A DNA stretch of 63,875 nt, the filler included. It is 13 parts of 13 records of this genome, joined end to end, with 100 filler letters (N's around TTAATTAATTAA, not from the genome) between each part and the next. Parts side by side here need not be neighbours in the genome. Positions count along the whole stretch, not along the records: positions 1 to 4,085 come from SRR15195285_6419; positions 4,186 to 8,274 come from SRR15195285_6428; positions 8,375 to 16,053 come from SRR15195285_6430; 10 more parts are not named here. One strand, given 5' to 3'. Positions 1 to 13,000 of this stretch are shown piece after piece. Below the pieces are notes generated by a model. The model was not told the DNA's origin and made no database searches. It saw nothing but the letters and a program-made list of their open reading frames with translations. Both the position numbers and the translations under genes were made by a program. Within the stretch, counting starts at the first letter, position 1, and each line of letters opens with the position of its first letter.

Positions 1-320
1 ATCCGACTCTAATACATTTTTCTTACTATTTTGTGACAATGTACCGGTAACCGGGTACACCGAGTCGGCTTCTCGGCTACCGGAGTAGGATCCTACTAAT
101 ACTAGTATGTACCGTACACTAATGGTACATTTGTGTTTTGTCCGCCATGCACTCGTGCCCTGCACGTGATCGATCCGGCCAGCGTGAGTCAAGTGAGTCA
201 AGTGAGTGCTCCGGCCGTCGCTTGCTTGCTTGCCTCCCCGCGCGCAGCGCGGCACAACGCGCACAACAACGCCGATACCGATACCGATAACGCCGACACC
301 GAGGCGCTCTATGGACTGCG

Positions 321-1244
321 ATGATGCTGGGGCGCGACGCTGATCCCGCCGAGCCGCTGCATCGTGGGCTGGCCGTCGCCGCCGGTTCGGTTGCGCGCGG
401 TGCTGCGTCGTTCTGCGTGTACGACGGCGGAGTGCTGCGACCTACTGACGAACACAGTGTTCCTGTGAGCAGGGCTGCACGACACAGTGTTCTGCACAAC
501 AAGGCCGCGATGCTGGACCGTGCGCCAAGCAGCTGGGCGGGGGACGCGCCGGACGAGCCGGACGCTCTCGGTAGGCTGACGCGCTCCTGCTCAGCGGACG
601 CGGTGCTCTGCCAGCAGAGTGAGAGCAGGGAGGATCGCGCAGTGACGCCGGAGCGCTGGCCGGCAGAGGGAAGTCCCGCAGGATGGCCAGTGAGCTCTGC
701 TCCCGCCTCTGTTTGGCGGCTGACAGAGGCTGCCGGGGGAGGCTGTGAGAGCAGCAGCGGAGGTGATGGCCACTTGAGTGCGCCTTCGTCGCCGTCTCGT
801 GAGCTGGACCTCTCCGCGCTTTATCAGATGCAGGTCGACGCGTACAACCCGAGCCAAGATGCTCTACACGATGAGCCTAGAACGTCCTCACGACCACACG
901 CGAGACAAACACCGCCTAGAGAAACCCAAGCTGCTTCTGAACCGCCAGAGCTAGTGCAGTGTGCTGACGGTGCGGTACGGCCAGCACTGGGGCTTTGCTT
1001 TGCTTTTGTTGCGGCCCCAGAAAAGCTCGATCTCATGCTGACATCTGGCGACGATCAGTGCGGGGAGGGGATCCTACAGCGCCGGCGACGAGAAAGCCTG
1101 GAAGCGGCAGTCCCGATGACGGAGATAGATGCTCCTGGAGCTCAGCACCTGGATGTTGAGGTGCAGCGCATTGTTGCGCAGAGGCGAGCGCCGGAACCGA
1201 GAAAGATGCGGAAGCCAGTGAAGATTCGGCAAACGAGTTCCTAA
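321..1244 (+). CDS. Hypothetical low-complexity protein (307 aa)
   Basis: Long ORF downstream of a TA-rich promoter-like island (40-130). No recognisable domain. Confidence 0.4.
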   Translation: MMLGRDADPAEPLHRGLAVAAGSVARGAASFCVYDGGVLRPTDEHSVPVSRAARHSVLHNKAAMLDRAPSSWAGDAPDEPDALGRLTRSCSADAVLCQQSESREDRAVTPERWPAEGSPAGWPVSSAPASVWRLTEAAGGGCESSSGGDGHLSAPSSPSRELDLSALYQMQVDAYNPSQDALHDEPRTSSRPHARQTPPRETQAASEPPELVQCADGAVRPALGLCFAFVAAPEKLDLMLTSGDDQCGEGILQRRRRESLEAAVPMTEIDAPGAQHLDVEVQRIVAQRRAPEPRKMRKPVKIRQTSS

Positions 1245-1384
1245 AGACAGAATGAACGTGAGGCATTCTATTCAGCTTTGAAACGAATGTTCGTCACACT
1301 CCACGCTGCGTGTCTAAGTTGAAACCAGATCTGCGAACCAATCTATCTGAACGGCTGATTGGCGAGCACGCATCTTCATTCAAT

Positions 1385-4085
1385 TCACATGTTCAAATCT
1401 GCCATGAATTTGCCACTCGTCGCAACCAGCGGCTTGGTACCCTGCACTATCGGTGTGCCTGGCTTTTCACCGTTGCTCCACACACCAAACGCATTGACGT
1501 TCTTGTTGCCACCTGTTGATCGAGAGACCACCAAAACAAAGAGAAAGCACCATCACCTTGCGTTTCCACATACCGGTCGTGGTAAAACGTCCACATCTCT
1601 TGATGGCTAGACTAGCACTATCCTATATTGACATACAAGCTATGGAAATGACAAGGGGCAGGCAAGGGAGCGTGGCGTGGCGTTTCAGACCGAGTGTCTT
1701 CGAAATCCCGTCTGTTAGCTTGCAAAACCAGGAGCACCACACAGTCCCTGCGGCATCCAACAAGGCGGCGTGCAGCAAAACAAATCAAACGCTGGCACAG
1801 ACCTACTACTAGACTATCATAGTAGATATAGACGTCGTAGTAGTCTACTATGCTATAGTAGTGAGCCTTTCTTCTTCTTCTTCTTCGCATGTCGGCGTAC
1901 CGTGGAAGGTGATGTTTTCGCTGTCCTTGATCACCATGGCGTGCGCCCCACAAGCGGGAGTGTCGACGACGTCCTTGTCCCAATAGGGATTCTCTGTCTG
2001 GCTTTGGAGCAGAGTGACTTGCTTTGCCCCCGTGAGATTGTACCTGTGAGAGAACAAACGTGCAGGCCACACCAGGCGTCAGCTAATAGACACGATTACG
2101 ATAGAGTCGTTGCCCGCCACCGTGCAGTGAGTGGCAGAGCCAGTGTGGAAATCTCCAGCAACGTACATGATCTCTCTATGGTGTTCGAACTGTGTACCGA
2201 GAAGCCACGTGGGTCCCTCGCTGTCAACGCGCAGCCCAGAGAGCGCACCGAGCCAGTGACTCGTCGCCTGCACGCGCGCCAGCACACGCACGCACACGCG
2301 CACGCGAGACATCAATGGAGTAAAGTAGCAGCACATTAACCTAAGCTATACCTTCTCTTCGGGCGTTCACTTGAGTGTTCAAGTCCCTCAGTACTCAGTT
2401 CAGTTCTTACAGAGAGCGTTGGCGCCATTGGCCTGTTGGTTGTCAGGTTGTGGTCTCCTCCCCAGCCCCAAGTGTTGGACACCACGCCACCACCATTTCC
2501 CGTGATGTGAATCGCCGTGTGCACCGGCGCGAACAGCTGCACGTGCAGATCGAACGTCGAAGATTCCGGCCCTGCGCCCCAAGACAGCAGCACTGCGCCC
2601 AGGTTCGCGTTCGCATGCCCGGCCTCGCTCGACAATGCGAGGTCTGCAAGCACCGTCTCTGCGCCCGCATCTGACGGCGCAAGCAGCATTGGCTTTGGGG
2701 AGTTCACGTCTCCAAATCCCTCCGCGCCATCTTTGAGCATCACGAAGGCCATGCCCTCCCCCACCAAGGCTGTATTTGATTTGAGAGTCACAGTGTCAGA
2801 GAGTATGTAAGTGCCGTACGGAAGAAACACAACGGGATGCGCGTCGATTGCCTGCTGAAGTGCTTTGGTGTCGTCGGTCACCCCGTCACCCTTTGCACCG
2901 CAGCAAGTCCGCACATTCACAGGGGCAGTGGCAGTCCAGGTCGGCCGAGGGCGATGCGGAATGTTGGTTGCAACGGCTGGCAATGATACGGGTAGATGTC
3001 CTGGCTTGGTGTAGTTGCTCAGGTGTCCAGATTCGTACACGTCGCCGGCGAGGAACCAAACCTTGGAGTTTCCATCTGCCGGCAGAGGGAGCAACTGTGT
3101 CCAGGTGAAGTGCCACACGAACACACGAACACATTGTCAGTGTAGTTTCAGGACGACTATATACTGATAGGTATTGGCGCTTGCAGCTCACCTTGTCGAC
3201 GAGCATCTTCGTGTCACTGGTAGCAGAAACATTCGACAGCAGAATCTGCCCCGCCCTCTCGCCCGCCTGTGGAAGAATCGCTGTGCCGTTCGTGAGACCC
3301 GGGCCGAAGTGGCTTGAGATAATCTCAATGTTTTCAGCTTGGCCGATGGTGAGGATCCCAACAGGTGCGTGTGACACTTGTATGTCCAGCAGCACGACTG
3401 CCCAGGCTTCGTCGATCAGCATGCCAGCCTTTGTCTGGCCAGACGCACGGAGCGAGTCCAGGTACCACTGGCTGGCCGAAACGCGGACGCCGAAATTTCC
3501 ACCAACTACGGTGACATTATTGACCGTGCCACCTCCGCCACAGCTCTGGTGGCCTCCTTGAGGAATGTTATATTTAAAGCTATTGCTGTAGCCGACATCG
3601 AGGCCAGACAGCGAGCCGGTGGCTGTCACGTGGATATCCCGCAGCGACGTCTGCTGTGCCACCGCCCAGAGAATGCCGACAGCGCCAGCGTGCTGCCCTG
3701 TGTCGAAGTCCAGGTGATGGACCTGAGCATAGAAAAGCATATTCTTGTCAACATTGTCCTCCCACCACGGTGAACTCGTGCTGCGGTTGAAGCCGTTGTC
3801 TGTCACCAGCATCGGTTTGGCCCCGCCGGCGTTCGAAAAGCCAGATGCAGCTGGCGAGAGTACCAGGGTCGAGCGGCAGCCCGCGTCCGGGCTGAGGGAA
3901 CCGACAAGGTGTGAGTGGTAGTACATGACGAGAGTGTCACTGATGAGGTAGCGGCCTGCTGGTAGGTAGACCAGGGCCGGCATCTTCTGCTGCGCAGAGC
4001 CCACGTTGCTGGAAACGGCGGCCTGAATCGCTTTCGTATCATCCGTCACCCCATCGCCCTTCGCGCCAAACTCCTTGACGCTGCG
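1385..4085 (-). CDS. GH55-like (Pectate_lyase_3 x2) beta-1,3-glucanase-type protein, 5'-partial, multi-exon
   Basis: Two 'GAKGDGVTDDT.A.Q.A' motifs and a C-terminal 'EHHREIMYNL...QTENPYW' segment. In-frame GT-AG introns include 3095-3191, 2268-2410 and 2044-2166, plus two more; stop at 1385-1387. Confidence 0.85.
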
Positions 4086-4185
4086 NNNNNNNNNNNNNNN
4101 NNNNNNNNNNNNNNNNNNNNNNNNNNNNNTTAATTAATTAANNNNNNNNNNNNNNNNNNNNNNNNNNNNNNNNNNNNNNNNNNNN
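4086..4185. other. Artificial contig linker (first of 12)
   Basis: 44 N + TTAATTAATTAA (stops in all six frames) + 44 N. Identical linkers at 8275-8374, 16054-16153, 19252-19351, 23361-23460, 28536-28635, 32291-32390, 36468-36567, 41378-41477, 47088-47187, 51020-51119 and 57271-57370. Confidence 0.99.
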
Positions 4186-4227
4186 CATATGCAGAAAACA
4201 AGTACGACTTGCTAAGGTCAAGCTGGA

Positions 4228-4317
4228 CTCAGCTTTCGAACAGGACCGCGCGGCGGAAGCTGGAATTTCCAGCTTCCGCCCGCGCGCGCGCGCGGTCCTG
4301 TCGTATAGAAAGCTGAG
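4228..4317. repeat. About 90-nt imperfect palindrome (hairpin, MITE-like)
   Basis: Nested arms CTCAGCTTTC/GAAAGCTGAG, ACAGGACCGCGC/GCGCGGTCCTGT and GGCGGAAGCTGGAA/TTCCAGCTTCCGCC. Confidence 0.9.
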
Positions 4318-4328
4318 AACGGACGCGC

Positions 4329-4940
4329 ATGGCGGAGATATTGCGGCTGGTGGTCGCCCCCCCGCCCTCGCTGCGTCGCCTCATGTTCCCTCGCATCGCA
4401 TCAACCGCTGCAGAACAGGTGGCTGCTCCTGCAGCCGGCGGTGTCGCTAGTGCTGCCTTCGCGGTCGCTACCTCTGGTCGGATCGTGGGCGGTGGGACGA
4501 TACTGTCGGCCCTCGGCTATATGATCGCCGCTGGAGCAGTGCTCGTGCGAGTGCCCCAAATCCTACGCATGTGGCGAACCGAGGAACCGAGTGGCGCGCT
4601 GAATCCGCTGTCGACTGAGGTGGAGATGTTCTTCTACGCGGCACAAGTTCTGAACGGACTGCGGCTCAAGAGCCCGTTGCACGCCTGGGTGGATGACCTG
4701 GCGCACTTGGTGCTCGGGGCAGCAACAACCATGATGCTGTATGCGTACGCCAAGCCTGAATCGTCACAGAGCGTAACGAAAACGCGCAAGGTGACCACTT
4801 GGCTACTCTTCATGGCAATGCTTGCCAGCGGAATTCCTGGGCTTCTTCCCTCTGGTGCTGGCCACTGCATGCATCAGTGCTTCGAGCTGGTCCCGCCTCT
4901 ACCACCGACATGGCGGCTACTCCTGCGCTTTGCAATGTAA
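4329..4940 (+). CDS. PQ-loop membrane protein, MPDU1-like; 3' end uncertain
   Basis: 'LSALGYMIAAGAVLVRVPQILRMW' resembles the first PQ loop of MPDU1/Lec35 and is followed by hydrophobic helices. No second PQ loop was found. Confidence 0.65.
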   Translation: MAEILRLVVAPPPSLRRLMFPRIASTAAEQVAAPAAGGVASAAFAVATSGRIVGGGTILSALGYMIAAGAVLVRVPQILRMWRTEEPSGALNPLSTEVEMFFYAAQVLNGLRLKSPLHAWVDDLAHLVLGAATTMMLYAYAKPESSQSVTKTRKVTTWLLFMAMLASGIPGLLPSGAGHCMHQCFELVPPLPPTWRLLLRFAM

Positions 4941-5519
4941 GCGCAGAAGTTTCCCTTCAAGCAGGTGGTCGTAAGAATTGATTTATTTGTTAGATCATCG
5001 ACCTGAGCTGCGTCGCGAGCTCCAGTCCCTCGTGCCAGGCTTGATGAGCGCCTTGTTAGGCGTAGGGGTACTGCGTGGGGTTGCAAGAAACCCTTGCCCA
5101 CTGTTGGGGGGTGGGGAGTAGATCTGGCAGCATGAGCTAAGGTCCTTTTGCCAATGGTCTCCCAGACAGCCTGACACCGCGGGAGCCCTTCGAGGCCCAC
5201 CGATCTATGCTCTGAGTCCCAAAGGAATGGTAGGACGGCAGCTACCTTGGGGTCTTGGCTACCGAGAGACATGTCTTGAGCGCGAACGCGTTGTCAGCGC
5301 AGTACTGGCCGTAGGAAACGTTGCAATTGCAGCTCGTCCGCGGCGGCGCGGGACAAACAAAATTGTTACAGTTCGTCCCATTACACCCGTCGCCGTTGTA
5401 GCCAAAGCCCAGCGTCGTCGGTGGGAGAAAGCTGACACGTGAAGAAACTATCTTGGCTCAACAGTAGCGTTTGCGCACATCAAACTGGGAAATGATTCCG
5501 AACACACTCATCACAGCGC

Positions 5520-7905
<2,386 letters not shown>

Positions 7906-8387
7906 CCTGCCGGGGGCGTATGGTATAAGCTACGCTACAACGTGGAGTCACCAAACCTCTCGCTCCAACAGTCTACCGCTGGCAGACTACCGAACAGGCC
8001 GGCACACTTATCAGCAGCGCGTCTTCTAGTAGAGCCTGCGAGGCTGGCTACGGTACTAGTAGTACCCGCCACGCGAGCGACGCGAGGGCGCCCACGAGGC
8101 AAGGACGGATCAGGACTATAGCACTCAGAGAGCTAGCATACGTACCTAGAACTCTACTTATACTGAGTACGTACTCTACGCGATACGCCAGTACTCTAAA
8201 GTGTACACGCGCTCGCCGGTAGAGCGCGCGAGCCTCCACGCGCGCGGCGTGCGCGAAGGGGAGCATGACGACGANNNNNNNNNNNNNNNNNNNNNNNNNN
8301 NNNNNNNNNNNNNNNNNNTTAATTAATTAANNNNNNNNNNNNNNNNNNNNNNNNNNNNNNNNNNNNNNNNNNNNCTGTGTGTCTGCG

Positions 8388-9873
8388 ATGGCGGCCTTGA
8401 TGGCGTCCCCGGCGCCCTCAGGCTCGAGCAGCGAGGCCTCACCGATCAATGCCGCGGTGGTGGGGGTCGGGGCGACGCCCTCCTCCAGCCGGAAGCGGAA
8501 GGCGCGGGCGTGGCCGGCGGAGAAGGAGCTGCTGGAGCAGCTGGAGTGCTGTATCTGCTGCACGCCGATGACGGGCGCGATCTACCAGTGCATGGACGGC
8601 CATCTGATCTGCGCAGCGTGCAAGCCCAACAGTGCGTCGTGTGCCGATCCGTTTACCAGTCAACACTCGCGTTTCGTCCGCATCCACCCTGACGCACTAG
8701 TTCGCTTCGCACTGACCGTTGTCGTGGCCGCCGTGTTGAATCTCTGTAGTGCGGAACAGTTGCGGAACGTGCCGACAGCCCCTCGGCAACATCCGCAACC
8801 GAGCTCTGGAGAAGCTCGCGGCCTGTCTCAATCTCCCCTGCAAATACTCGGACGCCGGCTGCAACGAGTGCTTGTCTGGACGGGATCGTGAAGCCCACGA
8901 AGCCACCTGCGCGCACCGGCCGTACGGCTGCCCGATGTCGGCTTCCTGCTCATTCTCTGGCTCCAAGGAGGAGCTGTTGGAACACCTGCGTACTGGGCAC
9001 TCGGTCCGGCGACGCAACCCGTTCAACAAGGCCGTTCTCCAGTCGAGCGCCAACTTTCTTGAAGGAGGTGTTGCCAGCGGCGTGCTCTTCACGGCGGATT
9101 CGGGAGAAGAGATGCTGTTCATCTGGAGCCAGACGATCCACGTGCTGCAGGCCTGTATAGTCACGTTTGGCGTCCCGCACAGCCACACCTACAACCTGGT
9201 CATTAAAGCGAGGGGGCGGGAGATTGCATGGAGCGCACCTGTGCGTGATGCGCGGGAGCCAGGTGGCCATATTTTCAAGCAAAACGATTGCCTGACAATC
9301 CAGCAGACACTAGCGGGGTGGTTCTCCGACTCGCCGCCGGAATCGGACGAACTGAATCTAACGCTAGACGTTGAGGTGAAACCTTTGGTGCAGGAGGTAC
9401 CGGACGTCGACACTACTGAAATGCCCCCGGTAATGTCACAGGAGGCTGGATCAGGTGGTGCCCCCAACGCAGTGCAGACACGGCTGGCAAACATACAGGA
9501 TGGGGTACTGTCACGAGACCTGCGGACATGGCTTGCAAGCCGTGGCGGCTGGGGACGCATCGAACTCGCAGTGTGCGAGATCATCGCCGCCTGTCCTAGC
9601 GAATCTGGAATATCAAGGACAGACATCCAGGCCGCGCTAGGGCACCAACACTCGGCGGTGGTATTGCAGAACGCCACGGACAAGCTCGTCGAGCAAGGTG
9701 TGTATCATCGTCGCGCAATCCTTATTGTGTGCGTTCTTTGCTCACGCACGCCTCATTGACTGTGCTAAACCGTCTCGTGGCTCCCTGGATGGGCAGGCTG
9801 GGTCTATCCTACGAATCAGGGGCACTTTTTGATGACCGATCACGAGGGCTTCAGTGGTACTGAGACAGAATGA
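8388..9873 (+). CDS. SINA/Siah-like RING E3 ubiquitin ligase with a C-terminal RPA32C-like winged helix
   Basis: RING 'LECCICC...YQCMDGHLICAAC...CGTCR', 'IRNRALEK' and Sina zinc finger 'LPCKYSDAGC...HEATCAHRPYGCP'. Introns 8632-8749 and 9698-9796 restore the frame; stop at 9871-9873. Confidence 0.88.
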
Positions 9874-10053
9874 ATCTACTTTTTCATTATCTGCATGATC
9901 TGCTGTGGCTCCCAGTACTTTCTCAGAGCCTCGCACGCACGCCTGGCCTTTCGCCAAGTTTAGTGCATTCGCCCGCCCAGACCCACCTGCGAGCACAGCT
10001 TCGATCGGCGCCGAGGCAGATTTGAGTGTGCCGAAGCAGATTTGAGTGGCAAT

Positions 10054-13000
10054 CTACAGCCACTTGGTGGTGAGGTTAGAGGCGTTGTGCTGGTCAGGCA
10101 TTGGCTCATCCTGGTGGTGCCGCCACATACATTGCGTGCAGTCGCAAGTGCCGACCAAGTCATCAAGGCTCGGATCGTCGCCTAGACCTGCGCATTGCTC
10201 CATCAGCGTCACCGCGGGCGCGTCCTGTCCGGATCTGTGGACCTCAGTGAATTGCTCCAGCTCTACGTGGTCAAACCGCACACCCTGGGGATGGTTCTGG
10301 CTGCATGTAGAGAACGTATGGAGTGACTGGTTTGTGTCTGACAGTGACTCGCCGGTGATGTTGAGGGAGACATTCTGCAGCACGCACAACTTGTCACTGC
10401 ACTCCGACTTCAAATCCTGTAGGCTCGTGCCGACCACGCGAGGGGCGCGCGTGAAATTGTCACTGCTTCCTCCTGTTGCGGTGTCGCAGCCCGATGTCGA
10501 GGCGTTCAATCTTTTGCAAATTGTGTTGTTTCTGTTCGAGTGCTTGCCACTGTCACACCACATCACGTTCGTACGACCACTAACAGTGACTGTTGCTTGA
10601 GCAGAAGCAGCACGTACTGCCTTGGCAAAATCCAGATCATCTCCGCTTACCACAATGTCCAGCCTTGAGTTGCCATTCAGACTAGGGGCAGTATTGACCA
10701 GTGCGACAGGCAGATCGTGTCGGTGGTCGATGCACGGCGACGTGGCCAAGACACCAGCGTCAGGGTCCTCTGCGAGAAAGATCGTCACGTTCTGCATCGT
10801 CGCGCACCAGCTCTGCTCCTGCGCACACGTCTTGGTGTCCCAATGTGACAGCCCAGTGAACACTCCGAATGGGCTGCTCTGAATTGTGACATCATTTGGG
10901 GAGGGGATACCGACATCCACCATATTGATGCGTGGCGGCTGCGAGGCCCGCGAAAGATCGAGGCTGAGAACCAAATTCAAGTTCTCTAGTGTAGCATGCT
11001 GACGATCACTCAGCAGCAATCGTCTCAATAGCAGCGTCTGTCGATTCTGGCGCCGTGCATCTGCTTGCGTAGCGTTCCCAACAATCGAAATTTCTCGACT
11101 GGGCAAGCTGCTCGGGGCGCCGTCGGTCGTGTCGTTTTGCCGCAGGTCCCACAAGAGCATTGGAGAATTTCCGATGAGCGTGATGTTCAGCCATGTCGTC
11201 GTCATTGAGAAAGTTGCAAAGACAGACCTTGGATCATCGCGGTCACTCTCACTCCGAGCGAATTCACTATCTTCGAACGACGCAAACGGAGTTCCTGGCC
11301 CCAGAATATTCAGTGGCAACGTTTCCATTGGCTCCAGCTGGCAGGTGTCTCCCACGTTGTCGCACGAGGAGTTCGTCTGGACCTGCACTCGTTTATACTG
11401 AATCGCGACACCGTGAAAAGAGATCGTGCCACTGCGCCACGAATGTGGCGCATCCTGCATGGGCTGTTTGTTGCTTGCAAATGCGGCCACGCAGCTGCCA
11501 CTCCCCGCGATGGGTTTCAGAACGGTGCCATCATCGACCGGAGCACAAGCTCCGCAGCGGGTGTCGGAGGCCGACGTACACTCGGTCGTTTTCAATCCAG
11601 GCCGGCAGCATGCCTGTCCTGCGTGACCTGCTGCCTGAAGGTCAGCCACGAGCCAGACGTTGTGCAACTCCAAATGGAACCCGGCAGACACACCCCACCG
11701 ACCACCACCGTGTCCGCTGTCTCCAGCCCCTAGATACAGAACCGACATAGTTGCATCTGAAGTTGGTGTCGCATGGCTCTGTCTGCCCATGTACGTGCCA
11801 TACCACGACACATTCCAGTCAAAAAGCTGATCTCCAATCTCCGGCTGCCAGGCGCCGAACCGGTCGGCTTGCCCTGGTTGTCCAGTTGGAGCAAGTTGTG
11901 TCACCTTCAAAAATCTGCGAGATCTTTCGGTAGCAGTACTGACTGTCAAAACAGGCTCGCATTCTGGATCAGCGCAGTCATTGTAACAGTAAGGGTTTGC
12001 GTCAGCTCTACACTTAGCCTGGGCATCTCGGCAGGCCTCCATTCCACTGTAGGAGGCGACGCTGATATTTATCAACACGACTACCCTGTCGTAGTTTGGC
12101 ATACCCAACCTTCCGCCTTGATACGACTCAATCTGCGCCCCTTTTCTGAAGATGTGTGTGTACAGGTTGTAGGTCTTGACCAGAGTCAACGACGATACCA
12201 GTGGATCAGCATCTCCAACGTTGTGGTCATTCTTCGACGGCAGCCAAGAGTCGCGCTCGACCTGATCGACGCAGTAGTCCATTCTAAGATTCTCAATCCG
12301 GAGATGGCCTCCCCGGAAAAACCATGTTTCCGGAGCCTTAATTCGGAACACGCCTTTGAGGAAGTATGCGCTGCCACTAGTGGCGTTGGAACCACCCAGG
12401 ATTGTCACGTTCATTGTCGGTAAGACGTCGATACTGAACAGCAATCGATCCCCAAACGTCGGAGTCGATGCTGTCACATTAAGCCTGAGTGCGTACTCTT
12501 GCCCAAGGCTATCGAGCTGGGCAAAAACATCCGTCCCTGCAGCTAGCTGTGTTGCAAGCTCTTGCGTGCGCACGGTAGGCCGCCCTTCGCAGAAATCATA
12601 TGTCGAACTGCATCCAGCTAGGTGACAGCTTGCAAACGTTGCGCTGAGAAGCTGCCGATTGGGACTGACAACTTTGTCTTCATCGAGGAGAATCGAACGA
12701 CTGATCGGGAAAAGAGGAGTAGATTTTCCTTCATCGTTTGCCATCGCATCTGTATACATCAGCTTCTTTTGGTCCTGGTATCCAGCGTGCGTGACTGGTT
12801 GCCCACCTACAAGGCTAGACACGTAGAATGTGGCCCGGCTGAAGGTGATATATGACCTGTCTGAAGGCAACGGATGTGGTGTGTTGAGGTATACCATCGA
12901 TAATACTGAGTCTGAGACGAAAAAATGCCCAGTACCTGCTCCGTAAGCTTGCGCTATGTCATCGCATAGACCCACGCTCGGAAGGTAGGTGAGCGCAGAG

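Noticed and set aside
184-208. Tandem GTGAGTCAA containing two AP-1-like TGAGTCA sites
   Set aside because: A short local duplication; function cannot be supported from sequence.
4130-4141. TTAATTAATTAA palindrome recurring 12 times
   Set aside because: It is a synthetic six-frame stop linker embedded in N runs. ORFs ending in X...LIN are artefacts of it.
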